Shown here one piece after another: positions 48,701 through 62,349 of a DNA stretch of 64,000 nt. The stretch spans positions 4,092,001 through 4,156,000 of the forward strand of contig JAYWIR010000006.1 in NCBI GenBank assembly GCA_036172245.1. The letters are read 5' to 3'. The first letter of the stretch is position 1, and each line of letters starts with the position of its first letter. The notes beneath the pieces were generated by a model. The model was not told the origin of the DNA. It was given only the letters and a program-made list of their open reading frames with translations, and did no database searches. The DNA comes from Raillietiella orientalis. Its lineage: Eukaryota. The position numbers were made by a program, and so were the translations under genes.

Positions 48701-51700
48701 ATCAATGATAGGGGTCAATCGGATCAGTGTCTCGACACTGTCATTTGGCATGCCAATGACAGTGTCGAGTAAAAACAGCAAAATTCCGAACGTTTCGATC
48801 AAGCATGTGTAAATCAGAAGGATGAACAAGTGTCCCCAATTCCAAGGATCTGCGTCCATCATTGCCTGCATTTCGTTACCATGAAAGAAATGCATGCTTT
48901 CTTATCCCCGACCTGTATTTGTTTTTCTTTTTTTCCGGATGTGCGAATCATTTCGCACTTTATGTGAAATTCTATGATTTGCGGTTATTGCGTTGTAAAA
49001 GTTAAGGTCACGTGCTGAATCTGTGCTTTTTGTTTTCGAACCTTTGAAGATCATGTAATAGGAAGGCTGCCCAAGTCCAACTTTGTAATTAATTCAAAAG
49101 CACGGCCCCATAAGGAATCTGGAAAGAATTGAAAAATCCATTTTTGGATGCTGAAGATTTCTCCGTTAAAAGTGATAATGCACAGCCGATCTCATCCCTG
49201 GTCCTTTGATCCTTTCTTGACCACCTTTTGCAACATATTGCTGTAAATGCAGTGTTCACTGCCATTTACAAAACTTGCAGCGGAAGAATACTAGCTGTGT
49301 AAACAAACCTTCTCATTGCATCTTTAAGCAGTTTTGGAAAATAAGATGTAGTTTTTTTCACTCTGGATGCTTGATCACCATGCAAATGCTATGCTGACTC
49401 GAAGAATGCGAAGGCACTGCTGATCTGAAAAGCAGCAAAGCGCCTTTGCATTTGTAGTTACCCCGTGCTGGCAAAGTCTGTTTGAACTTGAACGCTGCTG
49501 TCTCTTTTTCTTTTCTACAATTAATTAGAAACCGAACTCGGACACATGCGGAATCGCAAGGTTTCCAAACATTTATCTCCTTCATCAATGTCAACGGCTT
49601 TGTCTGTGTCATGTGATGGTCATTCCGCGTTACTCTTTTTGGTCTTCGGGTGACGAATTTTCTGTTGTTCGAATGTATGATGCAAAGTGAAAAAATCGTA
49701 TGCACCGGGGCTGTGTGTGTACGGTGTGTGTATCTCTACAGATTTGTGCGGAGCAAGAACTGGGTGCTTATGGATCTGTGGTGATTAGGAGCAGATTCGA
49801 TGGAACCGAGTTTTTCCTTTTTTCTTTTAACCATTTTAGAGTATGAGATTGGATAAGGGTAGACGGGGACAGGAAAGTTTGAAGCGTCATGACGATTTTT
49901 AAAAAAATTATCCCCCTGTATAGTAAGAATTGGTCTCATTGGACATTCTACAGCAGGACGAGGGAACAACTGACTTGTACAAATATATGACAGCATTCAG
50001 GACTTGTGCTGATCGATATGGTTCCATAAAACGAAAAGTTGTTGCAAAGTTGGTTGTGATTAGGCGCACAGTTTTGCTGTTTGTGAATGATCACCAACTA
50101 ACCAGCTTATCTTGTAAGGGTTTTCAAAAAGTCATGCAGATAGCAAAATCCAAGACATCATGACAGAATAGATTGGGCACCTCCAATGGGTTACCGTTTT
50201 TTGTTTTTTTTTAAAAAAAAGCTTTACTTGAAAGTTCGAAATTCAGAGATTTTTCGAACATTGGTATGAGGAGGATAAAATCGAATAGGATTAAGTCAAG
50301 GTACTATTATAAAGTGGATGCACGAAGAAGATGGGGCATAAGCGAGAATTCGGTTTCCCCGAGAAAAAGAATCTACCTGTTTTCTTCAAAGTAGCAAGTT
50401 AAAGGAAACATCACATGTTAGAAATCCAGGGATCCACTGATTTGTAGCAAATAAATAGAACGGCAGGTTTCGTAAGAATGATTGCATGAGTGAGGCAGAG
50501 AATGAATTTTGAAGTTAATGGAGAAAGGTCGATTGAGGTTTTGAAGACGAGACAAGGAAACAAACCCAAATCGACCTTTTCATAAAAGGAACCTTCTTCG
50601 TTTTGCTTATAGCGTACATGAGAGGAAAGTACTGATTTTTTTATTTTTGCCGTATAGAAAATGCATTTTCAAGCAGCAGGTTTTCCGTAAGCATTTCCGT
50701 TGACAGAACAGCACGTTATTTCCCACATCTCTGTAGTACTTCAATCTTGGCTGTGGGCACACCTAGTTTGCTCTTATTGAATCAGAAAGGACCAACGAAG
50801 TAAGCAGGACCGAACCAGTAGGACCAGTATTTACAAGTCCCGCCAAAAAAAAGGAAAAAATTAGAAGAAACAGAGCGCACAACCCAAAGTTGAGGCGAAA
50901 ATGCATCGAAAGTGGGCTGAAACGAAAAACTTTCTAATCTGTGGAAAACGTAACAGTGAGTGGACCATTTGATTTCGTGGCATTATTCCGATCAAATCGT
51001 CCCGTCCTCCTGATGCCACAGTGATGGAGGTCCAGAACCGAAAACTACCACCACCAAGAGAAGAGCATTTTAGCAAGGAGAGGTTTCCAGGAACGCTCAT
51101 CGTTGGGTGTGTTGAAACAGGACGCGACGAATTCAAACCCAGAAAATAGGCAAGGGATCGTGTAAATGAGCCTTTACAAAAAAAAAAAAATACGCCTACT
51201 TTCTGACAGTACAAGAATTATGATTATTTTGTATTGATTTCTGATTGGAAATCATCATCTTGCATTAACGATTTAGCAGTAGCATGCAGAACCTCAGGCA
51301 AATTTGACGCGAAAATTTTACTCTCCTTATTTATCTCTTGTGTTTCTAACTTGAGCACAACGATGGAATAAACCTCAGCATTGCATAGTTTTGTGTTTGT
51401 TAGTATGTGTTTTGATTTTCATGGGTGTTTTCATTGCACTCACTGTAATCAATATGTTTTGTATAATCGCTTTCATGCTGCAATTCTTTAATTTTGTTAT
51501 ATATTTGTTTACTTCATTCACAGATGTGAAGAAAACCTCATATCTTCAGTAAGTATTCACAACTGTATAAAATATTTTACAACAGCAGATGAACTTGAAG
51601 CTCTCGTTCTCCGAGACCACTGCTCGAATTTAATTTCCTTTCACTGGGTAAATTTCAATCTTCCAATGAGAAACATTAATTTTTGATTAGGATGATTTCA

Positions 51701-54700
51701 CAAGTGAAGATTTTGCACAAATGCCAGCCCCTTTGCTTTATGATATGCTTAAAAATAAGTTAGCATATCCATTACATTTTGCCATTCGTATTCGTCGAGA
51801 AGATGTAGTATTTCTGTTTCTAGTGGAGTTTTCAGCAATAGTAAGTTCAGACTATGCTTTTTGATTCATTTTTTCTTTATAAAGAAAACTTAATTTGACA
51901 TTTATTGTTGTATTTTCCTTTCATTATGTAAGAATGTCTTTAATTTATGGCAAATTATTTTCTTATATCTATGCAGTGTTGTGTCTGTGCCCCTGAAAGC
52001 AGTGCATAAGAATGCACTGCTTTCACTCTGCATGGTTTTCGTGTTTTGTTACCCAAATCAAATTTGTATTCCCCTCAGTTAAAAGCAGTCCAGTTGTATG
52101 AATTACATCTAAATTTCAGGTCAATTCAAAGTTTGTGAGTTGATTTGTATGCATGCGTGCATGTGTATGTGTTTTTAAGGTAGTAGTGTTCATAAAGTGC
52201 CATGTTATTTTACTTTTGTACGTGTTTCAAAAGACTTTACTGATTACAAAGATGTGATTTCTGCCATTTGTTTTGATGAATAATTTTGTCATTGTTTTTA
52301 CTTTCCCAATTAACTAATTTTCTTTCATCCTCTTCATTTTTTTATTCTAAAACGGTATTTTATTTATTGTAAGACAATGGTTATAATCAAGAGTAGTTAT
52401 CAGAGAGAGTATCCCAGCATGTATATATAAAGTAACTTGAGTTAAGACATTTAACCTGGGATGTCAACGCATTGCATTATGAATCCCAACTTTCTTATGA
52501 TCTGTCCATTCAGAACAAGTCCCTCTTGGGTTTGGTAAGATATGTTGCAACCCATGACAGTGACCAATCTTAAGTGAAATCAAAGTTTAGCTAGCTTGAG
52601 TGTGGGATGAACACCTAATATAGGAAGAGACATTTTTGTGTTGATGTAGTTACTATGAGCTGGTAGTGTTGTACTCAATGCATGAAAAAGCATGCTCCTA
52701 ACAAAGATCCTAGAAATGGTTATGCATATAGTTCTCGACTAATTGTAGGGTTTAGTTCCCCCGAATGTCTTAGTTATCAGCACAATACGTTTTCGTTTTC
52801 CAGTGAATTTTGGATACAATATTTTTAATACAAATAAATGAGATTCCTCTAACATATTCAGTTTCAATACCAACCATTGACCATGCTTTTGAGTTTTCCA
52901 AATGTCTTCGAGTTTGTAGAAAATAAGTTTTATGATTAGTGTGGTTAGTGTGCAGAAGGTAGTCACATTTATGAATGTCTAATGGACTGGTTGTCAGTGA
53001 TCCATCATTAGGGACTATCAGAAACACAGCTGTTCACAAGCACAAACAGATCCTTTATTCTATTCAGGACATTTCAAGAGATCATTCTGAAGATGGTTAC
53101 TTCAATGGAAAGGTTAAAAGAAAAAAAAACTGATCGTTCCTTCTGAATAAACATTAAGGTTCCGCATTCTTAATTGTTATTGTAAGTCAACAGCTGTGCT
53201 TTTGTCAGTCAGGATTCAAACTCAGTTACCACAGAGACTATGGTGATATACAATTCAAGTACAATAGTTGATTGTTTCTATCAGTGTTTACGTTTTAGCA
53301 AATTTTTCGAAAGTGCTGGGTCAGCCGATATACTCATGCTTGTATTAAATTATTCTCCGTGAAAGCTCAACTCGGCATTTAACCATTGTAATAGAAATGA
53401 TGCAACATCTTCAAAATCTCGATTTGCCCCCCCCCCTCCCCAAACTCTACATTTTAATTAACGAAACTCGATTTATGCCACAAATGGTGTTCGCCATATA
53501 CTGCATTCACCGGAACTGGATTCCTGCAACAACAGCACACCCTACTTTCTGTCACTGTCAGATGAATCTAGAGGGAAAATCAATTTTTGTTTCGAACAAA
53601 ACAGAATGGTCTGATTGACTTCCTACGATTTAAGAGTGTCAGGATTGGGAATCACACCGCTAAGAGCAGTACACTCCAGCAGGTTTCCAGAAATTTTTGT
53701 TAATGTGATTAGGCAGTTGACAGTGCATCGTACTTCACCCTGTTTGAAGCTGAAGTGGTAACAGGTTTTATGTGAGGAATCACTATCGTGATCTTTTATC
53801 ATGAAATCACATAAAGCATTTGCTACACTTTATTGGAAAGCAGAAGGAAAAATGTATATACTTTTTTGGTGGTACTTTTGCAAAATATCTGAAGTCAAAT
53901 ATGAAAAACTGACATACGTAGGAACACTATGCGTGTACGAGGAACTATTGAGATGATGAAGTTGCCTGATAAACGTACATTGAAGTCTTCGATTTCGGAA
54001 TGAGGAACTTGTAAGGTGATTAAAAAGTGACTTGGAGGATCCCATTCAGTATAAGGTCAACCAATTTCACATAAAGCGGGCGAAAACTTGATGATTCTGT
54101 TAATTCTAATAAGCTTGCAAGTTCCTGAGTTCCATTTGCTTGATTGTTTTGCTTTAATGTACACCAGAACGGCCTTATAAATTTCAAGATATTTTGGAAT
54201 TATTCGAGTAAATAATAAACCTTCTCCATCGTAATGAATTCAGTAATAATCAGCGTTTTCAGTATATTTTGCGATTGAATTATCAATTGTAATTATTTCA
54301 GTTAGATAAAAAGCTGAATGAATTTGATGATTGGGGTGACTGCCCTTTGGATTTGGCCTTACAAACTCATCAAAGTAGTATTGTTGATACTCTTATGAAG
54401 CATAAAGCCAAAATCGACTTGATTGACCAGTGTGGCTATTCCTTGCTGCACAGAGCCATTTTTAGGAGTAAGGTTTTGCAATAGCAAAAGACTGAATGCT
54501 TGGTTTAGGAGATTATCATTCAGCCTTGTTTCTGGTGAATAATGGCATACCTCTGGACACGTTGGTTTCTGAGGACAAATCCACAGCACTTCATGCAGTT
54601 GCTTCTATGAATGTATCAGATGTACCATTAACAGAAGTGATGGAAATGGCGGAAGTCGTGAGAACGATTCTGAATAAAGGTGCCAATCCAAATGTGCAGA

Positions 54701-57538
54701 ACACATCTGGATGGTAATACAAAATGCTTCCATGTTCTCATGATTACTTTTTTAAAGAATTTCTTCTTATAGGACAGCTTTGCATTTCGCCATAAATAAT
54801 TGTAATATGCCAGTGTTTGCTGAATTGCTTCTGCATCCTGAAATCAATTTGGACTTGTGCAATGAAGATGGGTTTCCGTGTCTTTGGTTAGCTCTCCAGA
54901 CGCATTCATCATGTGGTAGCAAATTATCTTTTGCTGAACAATTAGTGGATCATGGTGCTTCTCTAAATGTGATTTTTAAAAATACTGGATGTTCCATGCT
55001 GCACTTATGTGCTGAAAATGAGATGGAATCGGCTGCTTTGTTTCTAATAGATTCTGGAGCAGATTATAATGTGATCAATGCACAGGTACATACTTGTGGG
55101 TAAGCACAACATGGTTTTACTTTTTGACAGGGTGAATCTGTCCTCTATGTTGCTTGCTGTAATGGATTGGTAAAACTAGCATCTGCTCTCCTAGATAAAG
55201 GGGCTAATCCTAATATTCAAACATCCTGCATCCCATATAAAACCACTCAAAAGATAAAGAGTTCCAGAAACACTGCGATGCATGGATCTATTTTGGAAAA
55301 TCACATTGAAATTATCGATGTTTTTGTGCAACATGCAGGTATGTAGTCAATTAGTTACACTTGCTTTTGCGTTCTTAATAGTATGGTTAGATTCCAGCAC
55401 ACCTCCCAATTTTGAATTGAGAAATAGCGAGGATGAGACTCCTTTGTCTTTATCACTGAAATTGCAACACTACAAGGTTGCTGCTAAATTGATAGCTGCT
55501 GGTGCCAGCATCAACTCTTGCAATAGCCACGGGCACACTTTGCTGCACGAAGCAATATTGCAGCGGAATCCCGAGAGCGCCAAGTTTCTTCTGCAAAATG
55601 GTGTTGACGTCAATGCGAAGTAATGCACAGAGTAAGTTTAGCAGATATGATGTTTTGTTTCAGAACCCAAGAAGGTGATTCTCCTTTGCATTTGGCTGTG
55701 CAGCAAGGAATGAATGACATTGTGAAACTGCTTTGTGAGCAGGGTGCAGATATTAATTGTCCAGATCCTGAAATGAAATCTCCTTTATGGATGGCGCTTG
55801 AAAGAGATGAAGAAGAAATAGCATCTGTCTTGGTCCGCTTCAAAGTTGATACGGACTTTTGGCATCCTGGACCTGATGGGTGCCAGCAAACTTTACTGCT
55901 TCGAGCAATCGATGAAAATAAAAGCTCGATCGCATGCTTTCTCATCAGGAGGTAGACCAGCATCACATCTTGGTGAATTTGCATATTACATGTTCCATAC
56001 AGTGGATGCTCAATCAATGCATCCTATCGCGAAGGTGCCAGCGGTCAAGGAGCTGATCCAGTTTTGAGTCAAGCATCTCCCTTACATCTATGTTGCCAGT
56101 GGGGCCTTTCAGAAGTAGCTCTGACCTTATTGGAACATGGTGCTGATGTGAATCTTAAAGATGCAGACCATAATACCCCATTGCATATTGCCATTGCAAA
56201 TCATCATAAGGATATTATTCAGATGTTACTATCTTGTGGAGTGGATTTACGAGCACAGAATAAACAAGGCAATACTCCGTTTTCTGTAGCAATGGCAATG
56301 AAGAATAACAAAGCAGCAGAAGCCATTTTGAATCAAGAGCCTGGAGTGGCTGAACAGGTACGGTGAAGTCGATACGCAAGTGAATTTCATCTCATATAAT
56401 CAATACTACAGTTCGATAGTCGGGGGCGAAATTTCTTACACCGGGCGATTCAAAAAAATGACATAGAGAGTGTTTTGTTTCTGCTATCCATCAGTGTCAA
56501 TGTGAATTCTAAGACACAGGATATGATCAAGCTGACTCCATTACACTTGGCAGTGCTGGCAAATTCTGAGATCATTCTTCGGAATCTTCTGCTGGCAGGA
56601 GCTCACATTAATGATTTAACTCCCCAGATGCAGACTGCATTGCACCTTGCTGCGGAACATGATTTTGCTTCATTGGTTGCCATTCTTGTGGAAAATGGTC
56701 TCTGGAAACCCACTGTTTTCTGAATTTGTTATCGTGTTCTGGCCTTTTAGGCATTAATTATAATGCTCTGGACAACAGCATGAATAATGCATTGCACATA
56801 GCTATGAAAGAGGGTCATATAGCCACCATACGTGTACTTCTAACCCAGTCAGATATCAATGCAGAAGCTGTAAACTTCAGAGGATGGAATCCTCTTCATC
56901 TATTAGCGGTGCATAGCAAAGATAATGGTGCTGCGATTCTTGAACTTCTTTTAGACTCAATCCCAAATTACCCAGTGAATGCTTTAGATTTAGAAGGAAA
57001 CACAGGTGAGTACTGTAAATCTGCATTGCTCAGCATGATATATTTGTACATAAATAGCTTTATTACTTGCTTACATGAAAGGCAATGGTAGTTTGTGCCG
57101 GGCTCTGATCAGAGCTGGGGCTTCCTTAGGGAACATGAACCACCAAGGCATCTCCATTTTTAATTACCAGGTTCCTTGCAAGCAGCTGTTGTTTGGGTTT
57201 GTAGAAACGAGATGCAAGCATGTTCATGACATTAAAAAAATACAATAAAATTGTAGCTTGCTGGATTTCTTGGCAGAAGAACCCCCATGGGTGGAGGGCG
57301 ATTCCTGCCTGGAATGTGGTATCAGATTTGGAATCACAACCCGCAAACACCACTGGTATTCATCCTGATTTTTACCCACCACGATAATTAACCGCATTCT
57401 CATTGCAGTAGGCACTGTGGGAGAGTGTTATGCAGTCGCTGTTCAGAAAAGGATCTCCCGATCCTTAAGTTTCAACTGAGTAAGGCAGTGAGAGTGTGTG
57501 AAGTCTGCTTTCTGGTGCTCACCCAAGGACCTTCGTAA
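45767..57538 (+). CDS. ANKFY1: Rabankyrin-5 (BTB, ankyrin repeats, FYVE), at least 17 exons; start exon not fixed
   Basis: EIEKLQHHLALLKNEYVKLQ, YSDL…AHKFVLAARS (BTB), LQWIYTD, LISFHWDDFTSEDF, YPLHFAIRIRREDVVFLFLVE, many ankyrin repeats, GPDGCQQTLLLRAIDEN, SPLHLCCQWGL, TALLLAYMKGNG, and FYVE PWVEGDSCLEC…RKHHCRHCGRVLC…RVCEVC. Stop TAA at 57536-57538. Confidence 0.95.
48731..48769. repeat. 39-bp near-perfect palindrome in an ANKFY1 intron
   Basis: CTCGACACTGTCA-T-TTGGCATGCCAA-TGACAGTGTCGAG: 13-bp arms around a self-complementary 12-mer, with one extra T. Confidence 0.9.
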
Positions 57539-57549
57539 GCCTCTCAACA

Positions 57550-57555
57550 AATAAA
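57550..57555 (+). terminator. Candidate poly(A) signal AATAAA of ANKFY1
   Basis: AATAAA 11 nt after the stop codon, followed by T/GT-rich sequence. Confidence 0.55.
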
Positions 57556-60500
57556 CTTATTCTTGGTTATTCAACTGTTTGGTTGCCACTTTCACCATGA
57601 CAGACAATTTTTCCCTCTTATTGTCACGTTTATAGCACAAACATTGACAACACATTTCGCACGGTCGCAAATGCATGCGTGCAGTTTTGGGGAAAATTCT
57701 TTCAAGGAAAGGGATGGCATGTTTAGTGTGTGTTTGTCGTGCACTGCAAAACGGCTTTCACAGTTTATTAAGTTTTCCATGAGGTTCCTTGAACTCCCGT
57801 TCGAACCTGAAAAAGGAACGAGCAGTGGTCACAGCGCTCCATAACGCGTACTCTGGAGAGGCGGTGAGAGCGGGGGACCTTCGTCCCAACTGCCAGCGGG
57901 TCGCCATACGGGGAAAAACGTCGTCGCCGTGCTGTAGTTTTTCCCCCGTTTAAATCGTATGCCTTTACGAAACCATCCTGCCCCCCGGCAGGGCGTGTGC
58001 GCCCAAGAATGTTGCCAGCCGAGTTCACCGGTGATAATCTTTGGAAAGATCGAGAACGTTAAAAAAAATTCCGGAAAGGTACAGTTTTGTGTAAACAGGA
58101 AGCATACCGTGGCGGCGATCGATGGTTTTAGAGATTCGTGCAAGAAAATTTTGCCCCAACGGCAGCGAAGCTTCTCGGGGACAGCGACTTTTTGGGACGG
58201 TTGCCGCCGAACTACGTGGAAGGAAGCACCAAACTGCTTTCCCCGGCTGCTCGCCTTGAGGCTTCAACAGATGGAAGCACTTTGCGGGGGGTCACCACCC
58301 GTTGAGTCTGCGGACGTGCGGTGGCGGCGGTGGTTTCGATGTCTTTGCCCTTACGGCTTTCTTTCCGTGTCACGCCAAACTGACGCTTGCGATGGAACGG
58401 TCGAATGACTGCCACTTGGGGAAAAACGCGTTTCAACAAGTCTTCGTTCTGTTTCTCAAGGATGCCCTCGCCACCCTTTATCGAATTTATAAGACTACTT
58501 GAAAAGTTATGGCCAACAAATGGACCACGCAGTAAGCATCCCCGCAAAAGCAGGCATTTACAGGTGATGCTAAGCTGATTAAACTATGCAAGTGCTCCAC
58601 CCTTAGAATCATCAGCTGCACGTATCAGATGAAAGCTTCGAAGTGAGGAACGAAGGGGAAGCCTTTTGAGAATGGGGAAAATGGTTCTGGTCCCCATGCA
58701 CTTACACAGGAAACCATTTTCAATGCCGGCACCCGCTGGAAATGTAGACAGGGATTGTTTTCTTTGTTTTTTTTTGGCGTTGTTCTAGGAAGTGAGAACT
58801 GATCGTTTACACAAATATACACTTCAAATAGATGGAATCTAAGATGACTTGAATGCAGTACTTGGGTGAACAGAAATGCGAGTCAAGAACCCGAAGAAAA
58901 TGTCCCCCTTCCCCTCCCCCCCTCCTCGCCGATACGTCTGTATGTTTGTATCCTCCGAAAATCATGCTTGAGACCGCCTTCTTGCTGCCTCAATGAGTTA
59001 GGAGATGCTGGCGCGGGTTACTGTGGATGCTGCTATAACCGAAACAAACAGGAAAGCTTTTTTTCCTCTCGCACGATCTTGGTCGTTTGGCTCTTCCTAC
59101 TAGGTAGATGATGGTGGTTGGGTGGTTTTTGTAAACGGCTAGGGGTTCTCAGTAACAATGCAATTCCAGTAGTTCATCTATCCCTTCTATTCTTTACTCT
59201 CAGAATGTCCTCGTGCCGGAAGTTGCCTCCTGCTTCCTGATTCTGACCGTCCATCCCTTGGAACCAGAACGGTTTGCGCCAGCTCGAGCACAGCAGTTAC
59301 GTGCACCGGGCTAGCATTCCCGGTCACTCCCCTTGATGAGCGGTGGTCAAGAATTTCTCCCCGACGACCCGGTGGCCAGATAGTGGGAACCTTGGCGAAT
59401 TCCCCCATGGGTTACTTGGATGGAACAAAACGGCGAACCAACTGCTCAGCAACGCTTGCAGACGTGCTGTCACATTTTACCGATGTTCTGTCGATATCTG
59501 TGCGGGACTAGCTCTGAATACAGCCGTCTTCGTTTGTCCTTACGATGGCATACCATACGTAGAAGCTTGCTAGCGACGGAGAAATAATTCTCATGTGGCG
59601 ACTCCATTTATTTATTCTTTTTCGGTCAATTTTCGGCATATTCTATGAACAGTGTTTCCCTTTGTTCACGAAGTCCTCTCTTCTTAAAGTGCCCTACGTC
59701 GATGATGGCTTGTGTTCTTTTTGCTTCCACTTGGAAACAGTAAACAGTCTTTCTACCACCTCAGTTCACTAAGAAAGACTTGAGGTGTATTGCCTTGGAA
59801 CGCGTGCTTCTGAAGAGTTATTCCAAAAAAAAAAAAAAGCCTTTACAAATATATTGTTTCGTTTGATCATCCAGTTATCCTGATTGCAATTTGGGGATTT
59901 TTTCAGACAAAGCTTCAGGATGGTTCGAATCTTGATGCAGCACGGATTTTATTCTCGGTTGCAGCAGAATAGTATTCTGGAGAAAGAGCATCATCTCCAG
60001 GAGTTGTTTAGGAACGATTGTGCCGAAACAGCTCTTTGGGATTGGGCGTGGCCTTCTGAGCCAGCACATGTGAATGTAAAGAGATCTGGAATTTGGGCAC
60101 CAACAGGAAAAGTAAATCAAACACAAGTATGTTGGAAGCAAAAACGAATAGAAAATATGAATGAGCACATAAGATTTTGTTTAATAAGATTGTTATCTTA
60201 TTGAACATACAAAGGGACATGCAAATTTACCTCGGAATATATTGCCAATGCATCTTACGGTTCGCTTTAATGGAATATCAGTGCTGTTGTTTGATGATAT
60301 TATGTATTCGATTCCACGGTAAAATTTGCTTTGCGGATTATTCTCCGGAAAGAAAAAGAAAAAAGAAGTCAATATGGCCATTGCTCCCATAGGTTTCCGA
60401 TGCCCCATTCATTTTAAAAAATATTTGTTTGCCCGAAGAATGCGCATCCATTTTTTCCTACTTTGGTTCGAGTCATCTTTAAGATCAACAAAGTTTCTTT

Positions 60501-62144
60501 GACAAGCATTTTCCAGAGAGAAGTATAAGCGACTTCTCATGGAAAACGTTCGGACGAGGCTGAAAAGGAACTTCCCTCAGGGAAAGAGGACTCGTTCCTC
60601 GCGCCCTCGGAGCCACGCTGTTAGGTTGGTGCTGAACCAATTCTTAAGAATATTCACATCGGGAAGACTACAAAGTCCCATGGACGCATCAGGCGCCGCT
60701 GCATGGCAGCTTCTCACTAAATGCACATTCATTTACCATTTCCATCACGAAGCGCCTTCTGAGGAGTAGCGCGATGAATTGTGTGGAGTTGGCAGTTCAA
60801 ATTACACTGCGTGGCGGAAAATCTCTCCGCCATTTTGTGCTCCTAAGAATGGATCCCCCTCTCCACGAAGGCTCATAATCTTGCTCGGGTTAATGGAATG
60901 GAATGGAGTAGCTGTGCATTGATGACCAAGGTCGAGGCCGAGCTGGCACCGAGTCGCCAAGCAGCACCGTCGCCTAGAAGGGCGCGCCTACCCCCTGGCA
61001 GGGGCCGCGAATTCCAACTCGTGCGCGAGCAGTTGGCTTCCCTACTTTTGTGAGGGGGAAGGAATACTCCTTGTGTTGAAAACGCAAGGTCACCCATCTC
61101 GCCGGTCTTGGAAGAAGGCTGAGTGGATCCTAGGCATAAGGGATAACCCTCGGTCGAGCTGGGAAGAAAAAACGGTCCCCCATAACTGCCCCGGGGTGCA
61201 CTTTGTCAAGTTGAGGTGCAAACGAGCGATTCAAGCTCACGCATAAATGGCGGAAGAGTCGCTTCGAAGACTTTTCAGTGGGTCTTCGTTTGCTGGAATT
61301 TTTCCAGGCAATGCCTTGCGGGAATTAGGGTATGAAGTTTTTGAAAAATAAAAGATTCGAACGTGATAAACGGAAAATTTATATACATGTGGAACAAAGC
61401 TATCAAACTTGGCATCCCGATTGCTCTTTTGCAATGAGGTGGGAAAATGTGATTTTGACGACAGCTAATGACAGGACAAAAGTTGCAAAGTTCAAAAGTG
61501 AGGAGAGGAAACCTCTTTTCGTTAATGACACAAAATCACATGGAACCTTATCTAAGCCTACCGATCTGGAAACCTCGTTTGACCGGCGAGGTGTGTGTCG
61601 AGGAGCAGAATAGTGGCCTTCCATTCCGAAAGAGCAACCAAGAAAAAAACTACGCAAAAAAAAGACGTGCATCACAAGGGAAATAAGAAGACAGCCTTCG
61701 GTTGTTCTTGTCTTCTGAAAGTCTCATGGAAGACACGTTTCGGAAGTGGGAGAGGAAATTAGAAGTGGGTAGAAATAGGGGTGTTCTGCCAGGAAGACGC
61801 GAGCTCGCATCAGCGGCGGCTCGCGACTCTCATTTCTTTTCCCATGCTGAAAAGAAGTGAGAGATGGCAATCAACTTCACCGATGGATTCGGAATATTTT
61901 CTTTAGATGGCCTCGAAGGGTCTCAAGTTTTGCTCCACGGAAACGGTGAGGGGATGGGGGAGGGGGGGGGGGGGCGGTAAAAGAGATAAAAAATCATGAC
62001 GCCATCGTGTGAGTATGCGGTTTTTCGTGTGTTCACCCGCGTATCAAACATTTTGTGAAGAGACGTTGAATTTCTCTAACTTCGCTGCATAATGCATTTG
62101 TAGTTTCCTTTTTTCTCTTAAGCATGGCTCTCAGGTCTTCATGA

Positions 62145-62147
<3 letters not shown>

Positions 62148-62195
<48 letters not shown>
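62148..62195. repeat. (AT)24 microsatellite
   Basis: Perfect dinucleotide run. Confidence 0.97.
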
Positions 62196-62197
<2 letters not shown>

Positions 62198-62349
62198 CTT
62201 TTATCGAAAAAAAAAATGCTCGTCTTCGGAATCGTTTCCATTGCACGAGGCTTACGCGTTCTTCATTAGAATTTTGCTGGCATCAAAAGGTACGCAACTG
62301 TGTGCAGTGAATATAAATAGCACTTTCCGGGTATTTTTTTTCTCCCCCC

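Noticed and set aside
52739..53027. Possible L1/Tx1 C-terminal relic in an ANKFY1 intron
   Set aside because: Only a vague resemblance and no diagnostic motif.
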